From positions 3,441-67,440 of the forward strand of contig CAXDMJ010000002.1 of assembly GCA_963990035.1 (NCBI GenBank): a stretch of 64,000 bases of DNA, written 5' to 3'. This document shows positions 39,896 to 49,349 of this stretch, one piece after another. Source of the stretch: an uncultured Candidatus Poseidoniales archaeon. Lineage in GTDB: Archaea; Thermoplasmatota; Poseidoniia; Poseidoniales; Thalassarchaeaceae. The notes below the pieces were generated by a model, which was not told the DNA's origin, did not search any database, and was given only the letters and a program-made list of their open reading frames with translations. The number at the start of each line of letters is the position of its first letter. Within the stretch, counting starts at the first letter, position 1. Position numbers and translations under genes: made by a program.

Positions 39896-42267
39896 TTTTC
39901 CACCTCCTCTTTATCTGCAACCATGAGTTTATTGAACCATATTCCTACCTTACTCGGTTCATTGGCTATATGTTCATTAGAATCTTTTAATGTTGGAAGA
40001 TCGTACCATTCTCCATTTTCAAACCTACCAAATGATGGAGTAGGTGGTGGGGATTCAGTCATCCACTCGAAGGACCATCCACCCCATGGGTCTGCAGGAG
40101 CTTTTTCGCCTCTAACTAATGATATAATCATGTTAGCGACCATAAGGAAATTCGATAGGAAGAACAAAATTGCACATACTGTGATGAACATATTCCATCC
40201 TGCAGCTTCTGGGGGGAGTGCTCCAATGACGGCTTCAGTAATCAACTCGCCTTCAACTCCTCTAACTTCATCCACTGATATGAAATATGTATGATGTCTT
40301 CTAGCCATGCCCCATACTCCAAGTCTATGCATAGGCCAGAATATTCCATTGTAAGTTATGAACGCAGTTAGGAAATGAAGGACCCCTAATCTCTCATCTA
40401 ACATTCTTCCAGACATCTTGGGGAACCAATAGTAAATTGCAGAGAAGAATCCGAAAACAGTTCCACCTACCAATACATAGTGGAAATGAGCAACTACGAA
40501 ATATGATTCATGGAAATGTAGATCCATAGCCATTGATGGGAAGAACATTCCCGAAATTCCACCTAATGTGAAGGTAACTAAGAATCCTAGAGCCCAGAGT
40601 GTATGTGTTCTATAGACCAAAGAACCTCCATTCATCGTCATTAACCAATTGAATATTTTTATTCCCGTGGGTACTGCTACAAGCATTGTAGTTAGCATGG
40701 TTACGAATCTTAGAGTAGGATCCATTCCAGAAGTAAACATATGATGACCATAAACAATGAAGGAAACGACTCCAATACCTGCCATTGCATAAACCATTGA
40801 TCGGTATCCAAAGACAGAGCGTCTCGCACTAGTCGCAATTACTTCAGATATAACTCCAAATGCAGGTACAATGACAACGTAAACTTCAGGATGTCCGAAG
40901 TACCAGAATAAATGACTCCAAAGAAGAGGGTCTCCTCCAGATGCGGCATCATAGAATGCAGTTCCAATCACTCTATCTAGATATACTTGTATCAATCCTA
41001 CTCCGAATGCAGGAATAGAAAGGAATAGCATTAGATTAGCTACAAGTATCGACCAAGTGAACAAAGGCATTTGCATCCAACCCATTCCTGGGGCTCTCAT
41101 TACTGCGATCGTTGTTAGGAAATTTATTCCAGTTAATGTAGAAGATGCAACAAGTAAAATTTGTCCAGCTACCCACATTGTAGTCCCTACATGTGCAGTT
41201 TCACTGACGATATAAGGGGCATAACCAGTCCATCCAGTATCTGCTCCAGTACCTGAAAATACACCTGTAAATATTAGTATTGCAGCAACTGGCTGTAACC
41301 AGAATGACATTGCATTTAGTCTTGGTAAAGCTAAATCTGGAGCACCAATTTGTAGAGGAACCATCCAATTTGCAAATCCATTAATCAGCGGCATAGCTGC
41401 TAAGAAAATCATTGTAGTTCCATGTAGGGTAAAGAATTGATTGTATTGATCTTGAGTTAAGAAATCATTACCCGGAACTGCCAATTGTATTCTTATTAGA
41501 ATAGCCATAATCCCCCCTATCCCTAGGAAGAATAAACCTGCAACGAAATATAAAGTTCCAACTTTCTTATGATCGGTTGTTGTCAACCATCCTGCAACCC
41601 ATGGTGCAAAATTTTCCCAATCAAAAGAATCAGGGTTGTTCTGATAGAATATGAAAGTTAATACAATTAATAATAATACAAAGCTAACTATAATTAGAGT
41701 TGTTAATACCGTATATGGATTTGCTTGTTCTAATACGACGATTGGCGAAGATATCTGAATGCTTAGTCGATTCCATTCATCTCCGCTTGTACCTCCCTCT
41801 GGACTTCCTGCATTTCCATTAACTGAATTAGTATGGAGGATAAATTCGACATTTCTATCGTTAGCTGGGGCGGTCCATTGTAATGTCCAATTAGTTTGGT
41901 CATTACCTGCATCTGTATGGGATGCCTCGTTTGGATTCCATGTTTGAACCGATGCATCATTAACAGTAATAGTTCCATCACTAACCCATAGATTAAATCC
42001 ACCTTGATTAATATTAGAAGGATCTGCAGGTCCTCCTGTGAAACCGATATCTAGAGTATAGACTTCAGAATAATTGTATGTGCCAGGTAATCCTACCAAA
42101 GTTGGAACTACCGAATCACTTGTTACAGCACCGTGACAGTTACATCCTGAATCTTTTACTCCTGCCACACCAGTTGGTAGAGATGTAACTGACGGAATTG
42201 CAACCATCCCAATTAGGAGCACAACAAAAATCACTAAAGTTCTAGATGCTATTTTTTCTCTATTCAT
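39892..42267 (-). CDS. coxA: Cytochrome c oxidase subunit I (A1 type) fused to an N-terminal extracellular CxCH/reeler-like domain
   Basis: TTDHK, HGTTM, GHPEVY, GHHMF, VAHFHY, PTGIKIF, plus about 200 extra N-terminal residues. Confidence 0.95.
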   Translation of the reverse strand: MNREKIASRTLVIFVVLLIGMVAIPSVTSLPTGVAGVKDSGCNCHGAVTSDSVVPTLVGLPGTYNYSEVYTLDIGFTGGPADPSNINQGGFNLWVSDGTITVNDASVQTWNPNEASHTDAGNDQTNWTLQWTAPANDRNVEFILHTNSVNGNAGSPEGGTSGDEWNRLSIQISSPIVVLEQANPYTVLTTLIIVSFVLLLIVLTFIFYQNNPDSFDWENFAPWVAGWLTTTDHKKVGTLYFVAGLFFLGIGGIMAILIRIQLAVPGNDFLTQDQYNQFFTLHGTTMIFLAAMPLINGFANWMVPLQIGAPDLALPRLNAMSFWLQPVAAILIFTGVFSGTGADTGWTGYAPYIVSETAHVGTTMWVAGQILLVASSTLTGINFLTTIAVMRAPGMGWMQMPLFTWSILVANLMLFLSIPAFGVGLIQVYLDRVIGTAFYDAASGGDPLLWSHLFWYFGHPEVYVVIVPAFGVISEVIATSARRSVFGYRSMVYAMAGIGVVSFIVYGHHMFTSGMDPTLRFVTMLTTMLVAVPTGIKIFNWLMTMNGGSLVYRTHTLWALGFLVTFTLGGISGMFFPSMAMDLHFHESYFVVAHFHYVLVGGTVFGFFSAIYYWFPKMSGRMLDERLGVLHFLTAFITYNGIFWPMHRLGVWGMARRHHTYFISVDEVRGVEGELITEAVIGALPPEAAGWNMFITVCAILFFLSNFLMVANMIISLVRGEKAPADPWGGWSFEWMTESPPPTPSFGRFENGEWYDLPTLKDSNEHIANEPSKVGIWFNKLMVADKEEVEN

Positions 42268-42279
42268 TTTATCCCCCCT

Positions 42280-43035
42280 CTAACTATGTACTGAAACAAC
42301 TGCAGCCATCAGTGAATGCGCATCTCCACAGTATTCTGTACAAAGAATCAATGATTCACTGACTTCTGTCATAGGAAGCCACATTGTTGTTTTCTGTCCT
42401 TGCAACACATCTTCTTTTGTGCTTAATTGTAAGAACCAAGGTGAATGTGTAACATCTTCAGATTCCATAACTAACAAATATGTTTCTCCAGCCTTTAGGT
42501 TGATTACTGGTTGCATACCGTAACCTTCTACCATTTGACTCGAGACGGCGCATAAATCAGCACTTAGATTGAAATCTCTTTGAGTCCATTCCTCTCCTAA
42601 ATTCGGATCGCAATCAAATGACCAGAACCATTGTTGTCCAACTATTTCAATAACATGATAACATTCAGAGTTTACAAATCCTGTATCCGCATAAAATATA
42701 TTTGCCGAAGATTCTCCTTCTAAGCACTCATCCCCACGAGCATCAGAACCTGGTTCTGCCCATACGTGATCCAACGGAGCCCATGAGATATATGTCAAAT
42801 AAATAATTAAGAGAAACGGTAAAACAGTCCAAGCAACTTCTAATCTTAAATCATCATTATGTTTTGGGAAAACGCCGACTTCAATCTCATCAATATTTGG
42901 TGCATTTTCGCCATCCTTAGAGCGGTATGAAAAAGAGTGATGATACAGCCATCCGAAGGTAAATCCACCCACTAACAATGACCAAAGAATATACTCGTCC
43001 CAAAGTACGTTGAAGAGAGGGGATGTCACAGCCAT
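42280..43035 (-). CDS. coxB: Cytochrome c oxidase subunit II (CuA)
   Basis: LEVAWT-x2-P, GQQW-x-W, DVTHS, CTEYCG-x2-H-x2-M. Confidence 0.92.
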   Translation of the reverse strand: MAVTSPLFNVLWDEYILWSLLVGGFTFGWLYHHSFSYRSKDGENAPNIDEIEVGVFPKHNDDLRLEVAWTVLPFLLIIYLTYISWAPLDHVWAEPGSDARGDECLEGESSANIFYADTGFVNSECYHVIEIVGQQWFWSFDCDPNLGEEWTQRDFNLSADLCAVSSQMVEGYGMQPVINLKAGETYLLVMESEDVTHSPWFLQLSTKEDVLQGQKTTMWLPMTEVSESLILCTEYCGDAHSLMAAVVSVHS

Positions 43036-43158
43036 GGTAATCTCGTTTCGCTGCGAGTGAAACACACTCATAAGTTTCGCGGATAGTCGTACTTGGTTAC
43101 TGCTGAGAGGCAGCCATTAGAATAACTTCTAAACTACCCTTAACTACATTATAATTAG

Positions 43159-43458
43159 ATGTCACAGCTATGGTTGGAAGATTCTGGCGATGATTGTATA
43201 ATCTTAGTTCAGATTCAGCCAAATTCAAGTCAAAATCAAATATTAGGTGTAGGGGAATGGCGAGGCCGCCTTAGATTATCGATAATTGGTCCTCCAATTT
43301 CTGGTAAAGCTAATTCAGAATTATTAGAATTACTGTCTTCTTGGCTATCTATCAACAAGGCAGATATTTCAATTGTAAAAGGTCATAAGAGCCGTAAGAA
43401 ATCTATTCGAGTAAAGAATGTTAAATCTGATCAAATAATGTTTTTATTAGGTGAATAA
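43159..43458 (+). CDS. DUF167 (UPF0235/YggU) family protein
   Basis: QPNSS, PP-x2-GKAN-x-EL, I-x2-GHKSRKK. Confidence 0.88.
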   Translation: MSQLWLEDSGDDCIILVQIQPNSSQNQILGVGEWRGRLRLSIIGPPISGKANSELLELLSSWLSINKADISIVKGHKSRKKSIRVKNVKSDQIMFLLGE

Positions 43459-43460
43459 AT

Positions 43461-43931
43461 ATGTCCTCTAAAGAATTCTCTAATACAAATGAGCAACGAT
43501 TTATAATTATTGCAAAAGCCATTAAAGAATCAATTATCCGTAATCGTAGAATTGATCAAGACGGTGCTGATTGCACAGTCCTCGTCGAAGGAATAAAAGA
43601 TGTAAAATGTCTCCGAGAATTTGGTTTTTCTGGAAGAATTGAAACAATTAATAAAGGGTGGGATAAATCTCGAATGGTTGCATATTTATATGAAGAATTT
43701 GGTTCCGATTTAGCAATTGATGGTTTGCCTAAAATAATATTATTAATGGATTGGGATAGGACAGGAGAAATACTTCAAAAATCTCTTACTGAACGCTTAG
43801 AATCATTAGATATGAGAGTGGATAATCGGCTTCGATTAATATTATCTAAACAACTTAAATCAGAATGTCGTACAGTAGAATCAATTAGTACATATGTGGG
43901 CCTTATTCAACAAATAATCTCCGAATTATAA
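43461..43931 (+). CDS. Small TOPRIM-domain protein
   Basis: LVEG-x2-D-x3-L and LMDWDRTGE (DxD). Confidence 0.85.
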   Translation: MSSKEFSNTNEQRFIIIAKAIKESIIRNRRIDQDGADCTVLVEGIKDVKCLREFGFSGRIETINKGWDKSRMVAYLYEEFGSDLAIDGLPKIILLMDWDRTGEILQKSLTERLESLDMRVDNRLRLILSKQLKSECRTVESISTYVGLIQQIISEL

Positions 43932-43935
43932 CTTT

Positions 43936-44382
43936 TTATTCTGGTAATGTTGCTGTTTTTTCTTTGACTGTATTCAATACTAGGTGTGTAATTGATCTTT
44001 CAACACCATCCACTGATAATACATTTTTAGATAAATCATCTAAATCTTTTCTGTTTTTCGCCCTAGCTATAATCATCGAGTCAAAGTCTCCAGTTACATC
44101 ATATACACCATAGACTCGAGAATCTTTTGCAATTTTTTCTTGTATTTCAATGAGTCTTCCTTTTTCAATTCTCAGACCAATTACAACATTTAACTCCCAA
44201 CCGATTTGATCCGGATTAAGAATAACTGAGTATCCTCTTATTACCCCCCTTTTCTCCATTTTTTTCACTCTATTCGAAACAGTTCCGAGTGAAACATTAA
44301 CAAGTTCAGAAATCTTTCTTAGTGAGGTTCTAGCATCTTTTTCGAGTACTCGAATTATTTTTTGATCTATTTCATCTAACAA
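43936..44382 (-). CDS. Lrp/AsnC family transcriptional regulator
   Basis: LDEID-x2-I...DAR...TV-x2-RV HTH and VYDVTGDFD. SD AGGTGA before the TTG start. Confidence 0.93.
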   Translation of the reverse strand: MLDEIDQKIIRVLEKDARTSLRKISELVNVSLGTVSNRVKKMEKRGVIRGYSVILNPDQIGWELNVVIGLRIEKGRLIEIQEKIAKDSRVYGVYDVTGDFDSMIIARAKNRKDLDDLSKNVLSVDGVERSITHLVLNTVKEKTATLPE

Positions 44383-44467
44383 ATATTCACCTAAATAATC
44401 CTCTAAGTGTAAGGTTATTGAACATATGCTATATTATTTGTAGATATTTTATTCATTTGTTTAATTC

Positions 44468-46120
44468 TCATTCTTCTTCATCTAAGATAATAGGAAGTTT
44501 TCTTTGTGCTCTTAAAACTCTTCTTTCTTGTTCAGAAATCATTAGTGATACTCGCCCCCCAATCCAAACAGGCAAACAAGTCTCTTGATTCTCTTCAAAT
44601 AATATATGCCCCCCTCTTATTTCATCTAGTTCAAGACTTATTTCGTATGCCGGGGGTTCTTTACCAGAAAGTAATTCATCAATCACTTGACTATTCACTT
44701 TAGATTTACCCAAATTAATATCTTCAATGATTTTTGGAGCAGCTCTACCTACAATCCTTTCGATTTTATTCTTCTCTAATTTTATAGCTAATAACCCTAA
44801 GTGTATGACTCTAAGAGGTCTCCAACGATTCCCTGGGATGAAAGTTCTCCCACTTCTTTTACTTCGATCTGATTGCCAAATTTCCTTAGCTTCGGGAGTT
44901 GACCAAAGTAAGTTTTTCCCTCTTTTCCATAAATCATCTTGTTTCCATCCTAATTTTTCTTCTAGCATTTCAGAAATATCAGAACCTATTGGTTGGGGGA
45001 AATTAATCTCATCAGGTTTGATATTTTCTGGTTTGAGAATACGATCAATTTCTATGTTCTTTTCTTGATAATTGGGAGATTTATGTAATGTTGCAATAAA
45101 GAAACCTCCTGCATTTACATCATCATTCCAAATTCGTGAACAATTTAGAAGCTGATCTTTGATTTCTTTTTCTGTAGGTGTACACATTGATTTTTCAACA
45201 TTAATTTCTTTACAGATATCACCCTTATCATTAAGATTAGGCCATTCTGTAAATCCTTTTTCACTAGGGACTTTAGGTATTAATTTTGAAGATGAAATTA
45301 CGGATAAGCAGTCAAAATTTCTTAAAATTTCTGCAATAACTGCTTCATTCTCAATTGGATCTAGTGAACACGTAGAGTAGACAATTCTCCCTCCGGGCTT
45401 AGTGAGATTTACCGCTCTAGTCAGTAATTCAAGCTGTAATTTATGAAGAGTACGTCCTCCTGACGGTAGCCATTTATTCCATACATCTGGATTTTTTCTT
45501 GTAGTAGCAGAACCTGTGCAAGGAGCATCTACTAGGATTTTATCAAAACCTGTTTTTGGTACTTTAGGTATGAATCTTCCATCATGATGTACTATGATTG
45601 GAGTAATAGATCCATGGCGCTTTGTATTAGCAACTAATGTGTTAATTCTACTATTCACAACTTCGTTAGCCATTACAACTCCTCTTCCCTTCAAATGCTC
45701 AGCAATTTGTGTTGTTTTAGATCCAGGACTAGCACACATATCAAGGACCAAATCACCAGGCTGTGCATCCAAAGCAATTGCAGGGATCATAGAAACAGCT
45801 TCTTGACGAGTTAATCTACCAGTTTCATGTAGTGCAGATAATATTATTTTTACATTATTTTCTGCCTTACCTCTTTCAAACGGTAGAGTCCATGCACTAC
45901 CTACTCCAGTAAACCATTCTATTTTTTGAGCACCATTTTCTTCAAGCCAATTTTCAACCCAGTCACTATCATCTCTTAGTGGATTTACTCTAACTGTTTC
46001 TGCTAATCTTTCTATGGAATAATTCAACCATTTATTTGAATCAGTTCTCCAATTACCTACTGCATTGAATAGAACGCTCTCAGAAGCAATGGTTTCCCAC
46101 GAACGCTCATCTAAACTCAT
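44468..46120 (-). CDS. RNA cytosine-C5 methyltransferase, RsmB/NOL1/NSUN family
   Basis: RQEAVSMIP, DMCASPGSKT, DAPCTG and YSTCS (both catalytic Cys). Confidence 0.92.
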   Translation of the reverse strand: MSLDERSWETIASESVLFNAVGNWRTDSNKWLNYSIERLAETVRVNPLRDDSDWVENWLEENGAQKIEWFTGVGSAWTLPFERGKAENNVKIILSALHETGRLTRQEAVSMIPAIALDAQPGDLVLDMCASPGSKTTQIAEHLKGRGVVMANEVVNSRINTLVANTKRHGSITPIIVHHDGRFIPKVPKTGFDKILVDAPCTGSATTRKNPDVWNKWLPSGGRTLHKLQLELLTRAVNLTKPGGRIVYSTCSLDPIENEAVIAEILRNFDCLSVISSSKLIPKVPSEKGFTEWPNLNDKGDICKEINVEKSMCTPTEKEIKDQLLNCSRIWNDDVNAGGFFIATLHKSPNYQEKNIEIDRILKPENIKPDEINFPQPIGSDISEMLEEKLGWKQDDLWKRGKNLLWSTPEAKEIWQSDRSKRSGRTFIPGNRWRPLRVIHLGLLAIKLEKNKIERIVGRAAPKIIEDINLGKSKVNSQVIDELLSGKEPPAYEISLELDEIRGGHILFEENQETCLPVWIGGRVSLMISEQERRVLRAQRKLPIILDEEE

Positions 46121-46291
46121 ATCTCAACGGTCGGCCTACTACCCATGAACCAAACGGAAGAGCATTATTGATTGTTTAAATCTCGGAAATCTCTTTTCAC
46201 TTGTAAAAACTAACTCTTAGATATTTAATTTCCATAAATAGTTATACCTTCCAACAAACCCTCAGGGGTTGCGGTAGTTTCCGCATTTGGG

Positions 46292-46654
46292 ATGCACATG
46301 ACGAGATTGAGGCGACGTATAGCGAAAGAAACAGAAGATCCAACACGAACTGATAAGGGCGGAGCATCAAGAAAACTAGCAGAATTAATGAAAAGAGCTA
46401 GAACTAATGGTGCTAAACAAGGGCCATTAGTACCTGTTGAGGCTTTGATTAATGTTGAAAAAGATGAATGGATATGGCAGGTTGTAGATAAGAGAGTACT
46501 TGATGCACTAAGCCATCGCTTGATTTTTCAGTCAGATAATGGATCTCGTCGAGAAATTCTAATGACCATGGGTCTCGAAACTGCAATGGATGCAGCATCT
46601 TGTATTGTAGAGCTCGATGGTGGCTGTGTATTGATTGAAACATTAGACCCTTGA
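46292..46654 (+). CDS. Hypothetical protein
   Basis: 120-aa ORF filling the gap, with protein-like composition. Confidence 0.6.
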   Translation: MHMTRLRRRIAKETEDPTRTDKGGASRKLAELMKRARTNGAKQGPLVPVEALINVEKDEWIWQVVDKRVLDALSHRLIFQSDNGSRREILMTMGLETAMDAASCIVELDGGCVLIETLDP

Positions 46655-46739
46655 ACTATATTTCGAGGATGTTTTTGTAGTATTTCTTTGAATTCAATGA
46701 TTCGCGGCGTTGAAATACTCAATGTAGGTCGGGCAGACA

Positions 46740-46931
46740 ATGGCTAAGGACAAGAAGGGTAGTGGAATTCAGCAAGCAGCTGGTTTAATTCGTTACTTCG
46801 ACGAAGAGTCTGAAGATGCGATTCAGATTTCAAGAGGTACAATATATTTCGTTTGTATCGGGTTTTCAGTGACAATATATCTAGCTAACCATGGTGTTGT
46901 TCATTGGTTAGCAGACATGTTTGGGTTTTGA
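46740..46931 (+). CDS. secG: Preprotein translocase subunit Sec61beta/SecG
   Basis: AAGLIRYFDEE signature plus a single C-terminal TM. Confidence 0.88.
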   Translation: MAKDKKGSGIQQAAGLIRYFDEESEDAIQISRGTIYFVCIGFSVTIYLANHGVVHWLADMFGF

Positions 46932-46932
46932 T

Positions 46933-47787
46933 TTATTCCAATTCGGTTAAATCAACAAACTCAATATCATTTTCTAATAAATCATCAGCGCTAATTTCAC
47001 TTTCATCATTTTGAAGTTTAATATTTTCAACTCTCATAATCATAGATTCTAATTCTGAAGACCTAACCTCAGTATCTGGTTTTGCCTCTATTAATGCAGT
47101 AACAGCCCTCCCCAAAGCTCTCTCGACTGCTGGTGCATTTCTATCTAGAAGTGCCGCTCTGGCATCCCCTATAGCAAATTTTGCTGCATCTAAGAGTTCT
47201 TCAATTTCTTTATCAGTTCCGATTAGAGATTTGATAGATTCTTCAACTATTTTTATTTCTTCTTCCATTTCATCACGTGCATATTTAACTAAATCTTGCC
47301 AGCATTGTCCATTCTCAATTATTGTAGCATTTGTTTTATTTTCAAATTTCCTTATTCTTGTTGCTTCCCATGGATTTCTACCCAATGACGCCATAATATC
47401 ATGTACGCATCTTGCTCTCAATGATAGTGGGCCTGTTAATTCAATCTGATTGTAGAAGCATTTAGAAAATAGACCAAAACCCCAATATGAGTTACTTGTT
47501 ATCTTCATTCTAAGTTCTCCCGATGCTGAACTCAATGTCCATTTCTGTTCATCATATCCAGATTGTTCAATAAGTTTAGGCGGGTCATGAGGTCCTAATG
47601 ACCTGAGAGATACATTAGCAATATCTCCAAGGAATATTTTTCTTTTCTTATTGTTCAAGCTAATCATTCGAATAAATCCTTCTTCATCGATCGCCATCTG
47701 TGGCTCTCCTGAAATTACTTGAGCGTACAGTAAACTACTATTTGGGTCACAACCAATAGGTTTTCTGGAACCAGACTGCTCTTCCAC
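46933..47787 (-). CDS. Hypothetical protein with helical C-terminal region
   Basis: Long ORF. Probable GTG start at 47787, 22 nt after a TATA-like element. Confidence 0.7.
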   Translation of the reverse strand: MEEQSGSRKPIGCDPNSSLLYAQVISGEPQMAIDEEGFIRMISLNNKKRKIFLGDIANVSLRSLGPHDPPKLIEQSGYDEQKWTLSSASGELRMKITSNSYWGFGLFSKCFYNQIELTGPLSLRARCVHDIMASLGRNPWEATRIRKFENKTNATIIENGQCWQDLVKYARDEMEEEIKIVEESIKSLIGTDKEIEELLDAAKFAIGDARAALLDRNAPAVERALGRAVTALIEAKPDTEVRSSELESMIMRVENIKLQNDESEISADDLLENDIEFVDLTELE

Positions 47788-47891
47788 GATTATCCGTACT
47801 AATACCTGAACATCAAGTCGACTGATAAATGTATTAATTTTTGTGAAGTAATGATGGCAACTGCTAAGTCCCGTCGTCAAAATTTATTTTC

Positions 47892-48086
47892 ATGCCTAGG
47901 AGGAAATATGGCCGTCTCACCAAGACTGTTGAAAAACCTCCTAATGATAATTGTTCAAGATGTAGAGCAGGGAAATATTGTCCTATTATTGGCCATCATG
48001 GCAATGAGACATCTGCTAATAGGGAATGGCAAGGTCCTAAAAACATCAGTAAGAGGGATAACAAAAAGAATCCTGCAAGTAAATAA
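47892..48086 (+). CDS. Small basic putative zinc-binding protein
   Basis: CSRC-x5-C-x4-HH. Fits without overlap between its neighbours. Confidence 0.45.
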   Translation: MPRRKYGRLTKTVEKPPNDNCSRCRAGKYCPIIGHHGNETSANREWQGPKNISKRDNKKNPASK

Positions 48087-48087
48087 T

Positions 48088-49212
48088 TCAGTCTACTATC
48101 TGTAGATTTTCTTGAATATCTTTAGGTGAAGAATCTTCGTCAGATTCTAGTTCAGATATACTTGGAGAAGATTGTGCTCGATGATATATTTCTCTCAGAG
48201 TTTGGTCACCAATCTCTAAATATACTCTCGTAGTTGAGATATTAGCATGACCTAAAAGTCTCTGTATTGTCACTAAATCTGCCCCTCTTTCTAGTAATCC
48301 TGTAGCAAAAGAATGTCTTAGTACATGGGGGCTAAGTCTTGTTCTAGGAATATCAGAGGCATCAGCAATACGATCTAGTAGTTTCTGAACTGAGCGAGGA
48401 TTCAATCTTCTACTCCTACTTGAAAAGAATAAAGATCTTTCATCTTCTTTTCTAACGCAAGATTTTAGTCTTGCATTTCTTATTGGTCTCCAAGCATCGA
48501 GTGCGTTTAATGTGGCATTGGTGAAAAGAACCGTGCGATCTTTTTCTCCTTTCCCACCTATCACTAGTGCAGATAAATCATCCAAATCGACGTCATCTAG
48601 ATCTAAATTACAGATTTCTGAGCACCTTAATCCAGTATCTAACATCATTGTAATTATTGGAAATGCTATTGGGTCTTCTGATCGAGTAGCAGCGAGTCTT
48701 ACTTTTTTCAAATCACTCTTACCTAAAGTTCGAGGAAGAGATCTTGATCTAGCAGGTCTTTGAATCCATTCAGGTATCGAGTATCCTAACCATTTGAGTA
48801 GATGTGTTACTGCTGCGATTCTTGCATTAATAGTTGCTGGACGTAAATTTCCAATAGTGTTTAACCAAGAATCAATTCTCCCATTATTGGGATTAATTCT
48901 TGTAAATAATTCTGAAACTCGAAATTCTTTTACTACATCCCATAATTCATTTTCTTCATCCGGTAGTGATGTAATTGTATATGTTTTAGCTGCCACAACA
49001 TATGCTCTAATTGTATGTTCACTTTTCTTTTCAGTTCTTAATTGTTGGAGCCAACAATCAAACCAAGGTAATAGTGCCAATCTCTGAAGACGTTGAGGGA
49101 GATGTTTTGTATGAATTAATAATTCAGTACTATTCAAATATGGTTCTTCAGTAAGGCTTTTTAGCGCCTGAGAATTCTCCATTCTTTCATTCTGTTTAGT
49201 CAATTCCCTCAC
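48088..49212 (-). CDS. xerA: Tyrosine recombinase, XerA/XerC-like (true start may be TTG 49203 or ATG 49182)
   Basis: Full catalytic set: GLRCSE, GKGEKDR, HVLRH, LGH, TTRVY. Confidence 0.85.
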   Translation of the reverse strand: MRELTKQNERMENSQALKSLTEEPYLNSTELLIHTKHLPQRLQRLALLPWFDCWLQQLRTEKKSEHTIRAYVVAAKTYTITSLPDEENELWDVVKEFRVSELFTRINPNNGRIDSWLNTIGNLRPATINARIAAVTHLLKWLGYSIPEWIQRPARSRSLPRTLGKSDLKKVRLAATRSEDPIAFPIITMMLDTGLRCSEICNLDLDDVDLDDLSALVIGGKGEKDRTVLFTNATLNALDAWRPIRNARLKSCVRKEDERSLFFSSRSRRLNPRSVQKLLDRIADASDIPRTRLSPHVLRHSFATGLLERGADLVTIQRLLGHANISTTRVYLEIGDQTLREIYHRAQSSPSISELESDEDSSPKDIQENLQIVD

Positions 49213-49349
49213 CTAATCGTCGCGAACGACGCGCATCCCATGTCCGTAAAGACAAACCTAAGATTCTCTGATTGGACTTGAATGCTTCTCTTATTCTTCA
49301 CGAAGAAATGGTTTTTCTCTTACAAACAGAGAAATGCCAATGGTAAGAA

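Noticed and set aside
46250..46291. Two short hairpins before the 120-aa ORF
   Set aside because: Stems of 4-5 bp are too weak to call without comparative data.
48088..49212. Provirus or genomic island around the tyrosine recombinase
   Set aside because: Flanks are housekeeping-like, with no att repeats, viral genes or visible compositional shift.
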